Assembly: GCA_037446635.1 (NCBI GenBank)
Contig: JBBIIG010000056.1
Coordinates: forward strand, 1-26,910
DNA length: 26,910 nucleotides
Direction: 5' to 3'
Origin: a bacterium
GTDB taxonomy: Bacteria; Zhuqueibacterota; Zhuqueibacteria; Oceanimicrobiales; Oceanimicrobiaceae
The notes below the pieces were generated by a model, which was given only the letters and a program-made list of their open reading frames with translations, did no database searches and was not told where the DNA came from. The number at the start of each line of letters is the position of its first letter. The first letter of the stretch is position 1. Below, one piece after another: positions 1 through 6,954 of the stretch. The translations under genes were made by a program, and so were the position numbers.

Positions 1-141
1 AAACAGTTTTGGATACTGCCGCTTAAACGTGATAACGTGAACCTCGTGGCCGCGCTGCTTCAGTTTGTCGTAAAGGATGCCGGCGTACTGCGCAATGCCG
101 CCGCGCAGGGGGTACGCCGTGGAAACGATCACAATCTTCAT
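1..141 (-). CDS. Glycosyltransferase family 4 (GT-B), N-terminal part; runs off the window edge
   Basis: Not in the ORF track. Manual translation from ATG at 141 (ATGA overlap with the gmhB stop) gives MKIVIVSTAYPLRGGIAQYAGILYDKLKQRGHEVHVITFKRQYPKLF, a typical GT4 N-terminus (YPxRGGIA...GHEVHV). Confidence 0.85.
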   Translation of the reverse strand, partial: MKIVIVSTAYPLRGGIAQYAGILYDKLKQRGHEVHVITFKRQYPKLF

Positions 142-683
142 GCGAGGCGCAGAGCCGTTGGCAGGTCTTGGATGGAATCGATGATCACATTTGCTTTTGA
201 TACACCGCTAACAGCATGACCGCTTTTCACCAGCACGTTGGTGCCCACGCCGGCGAGGACGCCGGCTTCGATGTCGCTTTCTTTATCGCCCACCAAAATC
301 GATTCTTGCAAATTTAAATTGAAATCCGCGCGCGCTTTGAAAATCATGCCGGGGTTGGGTTTGCGATCAAACGACTCTTGGCGATAGGTGCCGACACCCT
401 CGGTAGGATGATAGGGACAATAGTAAGTTTTTGAAATTTTCACGCTGCGCCGCTGGAATTCCCCCACCATCCAATCATTTAGCCTTTTGAAATCTTCCTC
501 AGTGTAAAAACCGCGGGCGATGCCGGCCTGATTGGTGATCACAATCAACAAAAATCCGCGCTGCTGGAAGAAGCGGCAGGTTTCAAAAACGCCATCGATG
601 AACTCGACGTCTTTGACTCGGTGCAAATAATTTATCTCTTTGTTGATGACGCCGTCGCGGTCGAGCAGCAGCGCTTTATTCAT
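138..683 (-). CDS. gmhB: D-glycero-D-manno-heptose 1,7-bisphosphate phosphatase (HAD IIIA)
   Basis: LLDRDGVIN HAD motif, ITNQAGIARG, CPYHP, RKPNPGM, VGDKESDIEAG. Start moved to ATG 683 (MNKALL), which overlaps the upstream stop by 8 nt. Confidence 0.93.
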   Translation of the reverse strand: MNKALLLDRDGVINKEINYLHRVKDVEFIDGVFETCRFFQQRGFLLIVITNQAGIARGFYTEEDFKRLNDWMVGEFQRRSVKISKTYYCPYHPTEGVGTYRQESFDRKPNPGMIFKARADFNLNLQESILVGDKESDIEAGVLAGVGTNVLVKSGHAVSGVSKANVIIDSIQDLPTALRLA

Positions 684-1368
684 ACTCGCTGAGCTCGGTT
701 CGCGCGCGCTGGTAATCTTCCGGAACGCCGATGTCGATAAAATAGGCGTCGGAGACATAGGCGTGCATGTTTAATTCATTGGTGAACTTTTTCAAAAAAT
801 CTTCCTCGAAAGAAAATTTGTCGGGCAAATCGCTGGCAGCAAAGAGCGATTGGTTGGCGGCATAAACGCCGGCGTTGATGTACCCCTCCTCGACTTTCTT
901 TTTCTCATCGAAACTGATGATTCTGTGTGACTGCACGCGGACGATCCCGTAACGGGAGATGTTGCGCATAGCTTTTAACGCGATGGTGATATCAGCGTGA
1001 TGGTCTTTGTGATGAGCCATCAGCAGCTCCAGGTTGATGGCAAAAAACGTATCGCCGTTGAGAATCAGAACCTGCTCGGCGGCGATTTTGGTGAGCGCCT
1101 GTTTGATGGCGCCGCCGGTGCCGAGCGGCTCTTCTTCCACAGAGTAATCAATTTGCAGAGATTTATATCTATCGCCGTAATACCTCTCGATGTAATCATG
1201 AAGATACCCCGTGGCCAGCACCACTCGGCGGACGTGGTGGTTGTTGAGATAGTCCAAAAGGTAACTCAGAAACGGCTGGTTATTGATCTCGGCCATCACC
1301 TTTGGCCGATCGGCAACCTCGGTGCGCAGACGGGTTCCCAATCCGCCCGCTAAAATAATGGCTTCCAT
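676..1368 (-). CDS. hddC: Sugar-phosphate nucleotidyltransferase, probably D-glycero-alpha-D-manno-heptose 1-phosphate guanylyltransferase
   Basis: ILAGGLGTRLR, PKVMA, EEEPLGTGGAI, LNGDT, INAGVY, FSFEEDF, FIDIGVPEDY motifs; 230 aa; adjacent to gmhB. Confidence 0.8.
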   Translation of the reverse strand: MEAIILAGGLGTRLRTEVADRPKVMAEINNQPFLSYLLDYLNNHHVRRVVLATGYLHDYIERYYGDRYKSLQIDYSVEEEPLGTGGAIKQALTKIAAEQVLILNGDTFFAINLELLMAHHKDHHADITIALKAMRNISRYGIVRVQSHRIISFDEKKKVEEGYINAGVYAANQSLFAASDLPDKFSFEEDFLKKFTNELNMHAYVSDAYFIDIGVPEDYQRARTELSEYE

Positions 1369-1370
1369 AC

Positions 1371-2312
1371 CTACTCCAAAACCTGTTTGATAGAATAATC
1401 CAATTGCTTTTTATAACTGGCGGTGATCATCTCTCCCAACAATCCAATCGAAACGAACTGCACGCCGACGATGATCAGCAGCACGCCCAAAAACAGCAGC
1501 GGACGATTGGAGAGATGCTTACCTAAATATATTTTTTCAAAAGAAAGATACCCGCTAACGGCCATTCCGAGTAAAAACGACACCAGCCCGGCCGAGCCGA
1601 AAAGATGCAGCGGGCGCTTGGTATAACGCGTAATAAACAACACGGTGATGAGATCGAAAAAGCCGGCAAAGAACCGCGAGGCGCCGAATTTGCTTTTGCC
1701 GAATTTGCGCGGACGGTGCTGCACCACCACTTCCCCAACTTTGAAGCCCTCCCACTGCGCCAACACCGGCAGAAAACGGTGAAGCTGCCCATACACGTGG
1801 ATGCTTTCGGTTACCTCGCGGCGGTAGGCTTTGAGCCCGCAATTGATGTCATGAATTTTTAGCCCGGTGAACAGGCGGGTGACGCGGTTGAACCATTTCG
1901 AGCTGATGCGCTTGATGAACGGGTCGCGGCGCTGCTTTTTCCAGCCGGAGACCAGGTCGTAACCCTCATCAAGCTTTTTTAGCAAATTGGGAATTTCGGC
2001 GGGATCGTCCTGCAAATCGGCGTCAATGGTGACGATGATGTTGCCGCGCGCTTTTTTGAAGCCGGTGGCCAGCGCCGCGGCTTTGCCGTAATTTTTCCGA
2101 AACTGTATCGCGCGCACGCTGAGATCGCTGGCGCGCAGCGATTTCAAAACCTCAAAGGAGCCGTCGCTGGAGCCGTCGTCGATAAACAGAATCTCGATGG
2201 GCTTTTCCAACGTGCAGAGCGCGGTCGATAATTGTCGATGCAGCTCGCGCAGCGATTCCTTTTCGTTGAACAGGGGAACGACCACGGAAATTTTCACGTC
2301 GCCGGCGGACAT
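1371..2312 (-). CDS. Glycosyltransferase family 2 (DPM1/ArnC-like polyprenol-phosphate glycosyltransferase)
   Basis: ISVVVPLFNE, FIDDGSSDGS, FRKNYGKAAAL, DADLQDDP, HDINCGLKAYR, and two C-terminal TM helices. Confidence 0.92.
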   Translation of the reverse strand: MSAGDVKISVVVPLFNEKESLRELHRQLSTALCTLEKPIEILFIDDGSSDGSFEVLKSLRASDLSVRAIQFRKNYGKAAALATGFKKARGNIIVTIDADLQDDPAEIPNLLKKLDEGYDLVSGWKKQRRDPFIKRISSKWFNRVTRLFTGLKIHDINCGLKAYRREVTESIHVYGQLHRFLPVLAQWEGFKVGEVVVQHRPRKFGKSKFGASRFFAGFFDLITVLFITRYTKRPLHLFGSAGLVSFLLGMAVSGYLSFEKIYLGKHLSNRPLLFLGVLLIIVGVQFVSIGLLGEMITASYKKQLDYSIKQVLE

Positions 2313-2327
2313 GTTTCCTCAAAATGT

Positions 2328-3143
2328 TCAGTTGCTGCGGCTGCGCTCAACCTGCGGCCGGTCGAGATCGCCCCAATACACTCGCTGGGCGTTGCTGGCG
2401 AGCCGCAATCGAAATTTAGCGGCGGCTATCGGGCGATTGATTTTTTGCTCGGTATAATAAACGGTGATGCGCTCCCTGGCCTGCGGCCGAGTGACGCGAA
2501 TGATCTGCGGCAGCGCCAGTCCGCTGCGCGTGCGGATGCGCTGCATTTCTTCGCTAAAAATAAGCTTGCCGTCGCGATCGTACAAGTGGCTTTTTGTGAC
2601 CACATCATGTTTGGCGTCGATCCAGTATTTCAACATCCCCTCCTCTACCGGCGTGGTTACAACATATTTTCCATCTTCGACGGAAAATTTGGAATCGTCA
2701 TTAACGATGACTTGAATCAGTCCGGTGAGCGCATCGTAAAGCTCGCTGGTGTTCAGCTCAATTTGCAAAAACTCCCGCAGATCGAGCAGCTCCACCTCGC
2801 CATAGTAGAGCACGTTCTCGCGCGGGGCATAGGCGGCAAAATAGCGGCGATCCAGAAACAGCGAGCCGATGTCGATCCCCAGCATCGCCTCGGTCTTCAC
2901 AAAAATGGAATCCGGAAAATTGATGAACACCTCCGAAAAGCCGTTGTGCCCGGCTCCGGGCAGCTCGATGATGACGCGGGCTTTGCCCTCAAAACTCACG
3001 AGCCGGTGAAAATTGTTCCTGACTTTACGCTGGAGAAATTCCGGGGAGACCTCAGCCGGCGGGACGATTTTGGAAGTAGTCGCGCAACTGAAGGCAATGA
3101 AACTGATGATAATCAAAAAAAATATTTTAATCGCGGCCGTCAC
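2328..3143 (-). CDS. Lipoprotein, DUF4292/LolB-like
   Basis: GTG start, hydrophobic signal ending in lipobox IAFS-C. Size, the DSIFVK...LGID motif and position directly after a TPR gene fit DUF4292. Confidence 0.65.
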   Translation of the reverse strand: MTAAIKIFFLIIISFIAFSCATTSKIVPPAEVSPEFLQRKVRNNFHRLVSFEGKARVIIELPGAGHNGFSEVFINFPDSIFVKTEAMLGIDIGSLFLDRRYFAAYAPRENVLYYGEVELLDLREFLQIELNTSELYDALTGLIQVIVNDDSKFSVEDGKYVVTTPVEEGMLKYWIDAKHDVVTKSHLYDRDGKLIFSEEMQRIRTRSGLALPQIIRVTRPQARERITVYYTEQKINRPIAAAKFRLRLASNAQRVYWGDLDRPQVERSRSN

Positions 3144-3148
3144 AAAAA

Positions 3149-4822
3149 TTAGTTGGATTTAATTTTCAGCAAGACGCTTTCGCGGTCCGGCTCCAATTCA
3201 ATGGCCTTCTTCCAATAGTGATTGGCTAACTCCGGCTGCTGCAATTTTTCATAGACGTCGCCCAAATGCTCCAGCACTTCGGCGGAATTTTCGCGGCTGG
3301 CGATGGATTGCTTGATGTACGCCAGCGCCTTTTCGTAATCGCCCAACTTGTAGTAAATCCAGCCGATGGTATCGAGGAACGCGCCGTTGTCCGGCTCAGC
3401 GGCCAGCGCTTTTTGCACCATCTCCAGCGCTTCGTCCAAACGCTCTCCGCGCTCCGCCAGGCTGTAGCTGTAATTGTTGAGAATGGTAGGGTTCTCCGGA
3501 TCTTTTTCAACGGCCTTCTCGTAAAGCTCCTGGCTTTTGGAATACTCCCCCAACTCGTCGTACACCGCGGCCAGCGTGCCCATGGTGATGGCGTTATCGG
3601 GCGCGGCCTGCAGCGACAGCGTCAAAAACTTGACCGCGTCTTGGTACTGCTTTTTTTGAAACAGCAGATTTCCGAGATAGAAATTCACGCCCGCATGCTG
3701 CGGCGCCAACTCCTGCGCTTTGCGCAAATTTTCCTCGGCGCGATCCAAATCCTGCTCTTGCTGGTAAATCAAGCCCAGGCGAAACCAGCCGTCCGCAAAA
3801 CTCGCGTTCAGCTCCACGGTTTTTTCAAAATAAGGTTTGCTCTCGGAAAATTTGCCTTGAGAAAAATAGGTCAGCGCCAGCTTATAAAATCCGCGCCAGT
3901 CGTCCGAGTGACGTTTAGTAAAATCTTCGAAAACGGTTATCGCGCGCGCGGTGTCGCCGCTTTCATAGTAAAGCTCGCCGAGCCGAATACTGTTGAGAAC
4001 ATCCAACGAATCGGCGGCCAGGGCGCGCTCGAACAATTGGATGGCGCCCGGCCAATCGTTGGCTGCGATCAGCATTTGCGTCAACTCTTCGCGAATATTG
4101 ATGAAGTCGTTGTTTTCTTCGTACGTTTGGCGGTACCAATTCAACGCAGCCGCGCTATCTTTCCTCGCCAGCATCACCGCCCCCACCGCAAGATAGCCGC
4201 GCTCGTCATCGGGATAATCCCGCACGTATTGATTGAACACCCGCTGTGCCTTCTCGAATTGCTGATCTTTAAAATAGAGGTTACCCAACTCGAAATGAAT
4301 ATCTTCATTGGCGAGGTTGAGGCTCAACATGCGCTCGTACAACTCGGCGGTTTCGTTGAATTTATTTTGATCGCGATAGATGGCCGCCAAATTCAAATAA
4401 CCATCGATATTCAAAGAATCTCTCCGGAGGATGGCGAGATACTCGGCTTCGGCGAGCTCGGGTTTATTCTGGCGGTGATAAATGGTCGCCAGCAGCTGGC
4501 GGCTTTCTAAAAAATTCGGATCGAGCGCCACACTGCGCTTGAGCATCTCGATGGCGGTATCGATTTTTTTGAGAAAAATATAATTTTTGGCGACGGCATA
4601 GCAGATGGAAGCGGAATTGGGATCGTAAATCAAGGCCTCGGTGAAGGCGTTGAGAGCGCGCGTATAATCTCCCTGCAGCTCAAAAATCGAACCCTGAATC
4701 ACCAGATCCGCGGCTTTGGGATGGTACTTGGGCGTATCGTTTTTCGCCGCGGAGCGCTGCGCCCAAGCGGAGGCGAAAATGAAAATCACGAAAAGGATAC
4801 TGAACGTAAAACGGCTGGTCAT
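3149..4822 (-). CDS. Secreted tetratricopeptide-repeat protein
   Basis: Signal peptide (ASAWA), many 34-aa TPR units, C-terminal LNNYSYSLAE...AFLDTIGWIYYKLG...EVLEHLGDVY. GGAG lies upstream; start is ATG 4822 or TTG 4825. Confidence 0.9.
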   Translation of the reverse strand: MTSRFTFSILFVIFIFASAWAQRSAAKNDTPKYHPKAADLVIQGSIFELQGDYTRALNAFTEALIYDPNSASICYAVAKNYIFLKKIDTAIEMLKRSVALDPNFLESRQLLATIYHRQNKPELAEAEYLAILRRDSLNIDGYLNLAAIYRDQNKFNETAELYERMLSLNLANEDIHFELGNLYFKDQQFEKAQRVFNQYVRDYPDDERGYLAVGAVMLARKDSAAALNWYRQTYEENNDFINIREELTQMLIAANDWPGAIQLFERALAADSLDVLNSIRLGELYYESGDTARAITVFEDFTKRHSDDWRGFYKLALTYFSQGKFSESKPYFEKTVELNASFADGWFRLGLIYQQEQDLDRAEENLRKAQELAPQHAGVNFYLGNLLFQKKQYQDAVKFLTLSLQAAPDNAITMGTLAAVYDELGEYSKSQELYEKAVEKDPENPTILNNYSYSLAERGERLDEALEMVQKALAAEPDNGAFLDTIGWIYYKLGDYEKALAYIKQSIASRENSAEVLEHLGDVYEKLQQPELANHYWKKAIELEPDRESVLLKIKSN

Positions 4823-4853
4823 CAAGTCAAAACTCCATATTTTAAAACGGTTA

Positions 4854-4882
4854 AATATATTATAGTTTTAGAATAAATCCAA
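4854..4882 (-). promoter_or_regulatory. Putative sigma70-type promoter of the TPR-glycan operon
   Basis: TTGGAT-N17-TATATT on the minus strand in the AT-rich divergent intergenic region. Confidence 0.45.
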
Positions 4883-4900
4883 TAAAAAATTGTTCCGGGC

Positions 4901-4929
4901 TTGACAGCCGAAAAGAATATTAGTACCTT
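4901..4929 (+). promoter_or_regulatory. Putative sigma70-type promoter of the asparaginase-family gene
   Basis: TTGACA-N17-TACCTT, 35 nt before the ATG, followed by a GAGGAG RBS. Confidence 0.6.
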
Positions 4930-4964
4930 TGAAACAATTTCACTAAAATTTGAGGAGAGGACTC

Positions 4965-6023
4965 ATGTCGAACCTGATCACGCGCCGCCGGTTTCTGATG
5001 AAAACCACCGGCGTTGGATTGTCGCTGCCGTTTCTGGCCAAATTTCCGGAAATTATCATTCGCCCAAAAAAATCGCCGGGGCGGATTCCGATCATCCTGT
5101 GCAGCCGCGGCGAGGAGTGGGGAAAAAAAGTGCTCACGCCGGCGTGGGAAACACTGCTGCAAACCGGCAGCATTCTCGACGCCATTGAAAAAGGCGCCAA
5201 CGTGGTGGAGCTGGATCCCGAAGATACCAGCGTTGGTTACGGTGGCCTACCCAATGAAGAGGGCGTGGTGCAACTGGACGCCTCGGTCATGTTCGGCCCG
5301 ACTCACAACTGCGGCGCCGTGGCCGGCCTCGAGCGCATCAAAACTCCCAGCTCCGTGGCGCGGCTGGTGATGGAACGCACCGACCACATGCTTTTGGTGG
5401 GCGAGGGCGCGCTGCGGTTTGCCAAAGCCCACGGTTTCAAAGAAGAGGATTTGCTAACCGAAAAGTCGCGGTTGGAGTGGTTGAAGTGGAAAGAAAATCT
5501 CAGCCCCGAGGACGACTGGTTTCCCCCGGCAGACGGCAAATATGAACCGAAAATCGAAGAACGCCCCACCGGTACCATCAACGTGCTGGGGGTGGATGAA
5601 AACGGCGACATCGCTGGCATCACCACCACCAGCGGCTTGTTCGGAAAAATTCCCGGACGCGTGGGCGACTCGCCGATCATCGGCGCGGGGTTGTACGTGG
5701 ACAACGCGGTGGGCGCAGCCGGCGCCACCGGCCGCGGCGAAGAAGTGATTCGCACCTGCGGCAGCTTTTTGGTGGTGGAAAAAATGCGCGCCGGCCTGTC
5801 GCCGCAGGAAGCGTGCGAGGCCGTCTGCCAGCGCATCATCGAAATCAATGGCGGGCCGGAGAAAATTAACTTCACGGACAAATTTGTGGCGGTGAGCAAA
5901 AGCGGCGAGGTGGGCTGCGCTGCCATTCGCGGCAAAAAAAAGGAGCCGCCCGAAGCCGCTTTTATTACCGATGAGGGAGTGAAAGTGGTGCCGGCAAAAT
6001 ATTTTATTGAGATAAAAGAATAG
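4965..6023 (+). CDS. Ntn-hydrolase of the asparaginase-2 family (N4-(beta-N-acetylglucosaminyl)-L-asparaginase-like) with Tat signal
   Basis: TRRRFLMK twin-arginine motif; SVGYGGLPN, QLDAS, GTINVLGVD (Thr nucleophile), TTTSGLFGKIPGRVGDSPIIGAG, ATGRGEE. Start at ATG 4965 after the RBS. Confidence 0.9.
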   Translation: MSNLITRRRFLMKTTGVGLSLPFLAKFPEIIIRPKKSPGRIPIILCSRGEEWGKKVLTPAWETLLQTGSILDAIEKGANVVELDPEDTSVGYGGLPNEEGVVQLDASVMFGPTHNCGAVAGLERIKTPSSVARLVMERTDHMLLVGEGALRFAKAHGFKEEDLLTEKSRLEWLKWKENLSPEDDWFPPADGKYEPKIEERPTGTINVLGVDENGDIAGITTTSGLFGKIPGRVGDSPIIGAGLYVDNAVGAAGATGRGEEVIRTCGSFLVVEKMRAGLSPQEACEAVCQRIIEINGGPEKINFTDKFVAVSKSGEVGCAAIRGKKKEPPEAAFITDEGVKVVPAKYFIEIKE

Positions 6024-6060
6024 CGAAATTTTTCTTGACTTTGTGGCAGTAATTGTTCTG

Positions 6061-6480
6061 CCTCTGTCTTCTTTCGGTGCAAATAGCACCGGGCAAAACT
6101 TCTGCGCCAGCGGTATTTCCCAGACGTCCACAATCTCATTATCATTGTAGTCCAACCCCACATTCAACACCGGGTAAATCCGCGTGGCAGAATTGCTCCA
6201 GGTATTCTGCGAGGAAATAACCGTGTATCGTGAGTCTGTCATAGACACCTGCATGAACAACATCCCCTCCGAGAGTTCGGCAGGTATGAGACATTCTAAA
6301 TAAACCGAGCCGCCACTGCCGCTCACCCCGTTTTTAAAGCAATCATACGTCTCGTCTTCGCCATACCAGGTGTGCACCCACAATTGCACGGCCACACCGG
6401 CCAACCCATTGCCATTCTCATCTTTCACCGTTATGTTTGCGCTGTACAGATTATTTCCGCCGGGTAAATCCGCCAACAGT
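6061..6480. repeat. Direct repeat, copy A (420 bp)
   Basis: Hand alignment to 8051-8479 shows about 53 mismatches plus one 9-nt in-frame indel (about 87% identity). Confidence 0.95.
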
Positions 6481-6522
6481 GGCCAGCAGAGCAAGCAAAA
6501 TCAAGATAATGGTCAGGATCAA
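6061..6522 (-). pseudogene. Frameshifted and 3'-truncated paralogous copy of the N-terminal ~140 aa of the 6955-8535 protein
   Basis: LLADLPGG...FAPKEDRG is nearly identical to the 6955-8535 protein. The hydrophobic signal (LILTIILILLALLA, possible TTG at 6522) is in another frame because of an 11-nt loss at about 6480. Homology ends at 6061 and the frame runs on antisense to the asparaginase gene. Confidence 0.8.
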
Positions 6523-6899
6523 TCTAGCTCAACGTTTGATACCTGCACTAAATAAATTACAGCTAATACACCGCCGGCCAAGAGAACGATTCCTAACACG
6601 GTTAAGCTCGGATCGACCTTTCTTCTTTTTACTTGCTCAACCGACAATAGTGGTACTACCACTGTTTTGTGGGCAGAGGTTGAAAAATCTGTAGACAATT
6701 CTCCGTAAACGGAATCCGCTTCAACGTGTGTAACTTTAATCCAGCGGTCATAGCTTTGCGTTTTAATCCAAGTCTGACCTTTTTCCCACCATGCTGGCTC
6801 AGTTCTGTCTATTGGAACTGTCTTATAACAATTTAAAGATGTAAGGGCAATCGAAATGACTAGAATATAAACCAGCATAAATCTAACGTTAATTGCCAT
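6519..6899 (-). CDS. Small hypothetical exported protein, possibly a lipoprotein, with a C-terminal hydrophobic helix (126 aa)
   Basis: GGAG RBS before ATG 6899; hydrophobic signal ending TSLN-C; C-terminal RRKVDPSLTVLGIVLLAGGVLAVIYLV; AT-rich codon usage. Confidence 0.75.
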   Translation of the reverse strand: MAINVRFMLVYILVISIALTSLNCYKTVPIDRTEPAWWEKGQTWIKTQSYDRWIKVTHVEADSVYGELSTDFSTSAHKTVVVPLLSVEQVKRRKVDPSLTVLGIVLLAGGVLAVIYLVQVSNVELD

Positions 6900-6954
6900 T
6901 CGTGATTCTCCATAAATGATATTTTTCAAAAAAATGTCAAACCGGGCAAACTGT

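Noticed and set aside
684..758. Extended N-termini given by the ORF track (gmhB from 758; likewise 4950, 7010, 8634, 15480, 23577)
   Set aside because: They overlap neighbouring genes or precede the RBS and signal peptide; downstream starts fit better.
2232..4510. Plus-strand ORFs of 306 and 414 aa
   Set aside because: Antisense shadows of the DUF4292-like and TPR genes.
5454..6494. 346-aa ORF as a real chimeric gene
   Set aside because: Only the first ~145 aa are protein-like (the duplicated module). The rest is antisense to the well-supported asparaginase gene, and there is no RBS or in-frame signal peptide.
6916..6940. TTGACA promoter for the small lipoprotein gene
   Set aside because: The best -10 candidate (TATCAT) is only 13 nt from the -35, so the spacing is unsuitable.
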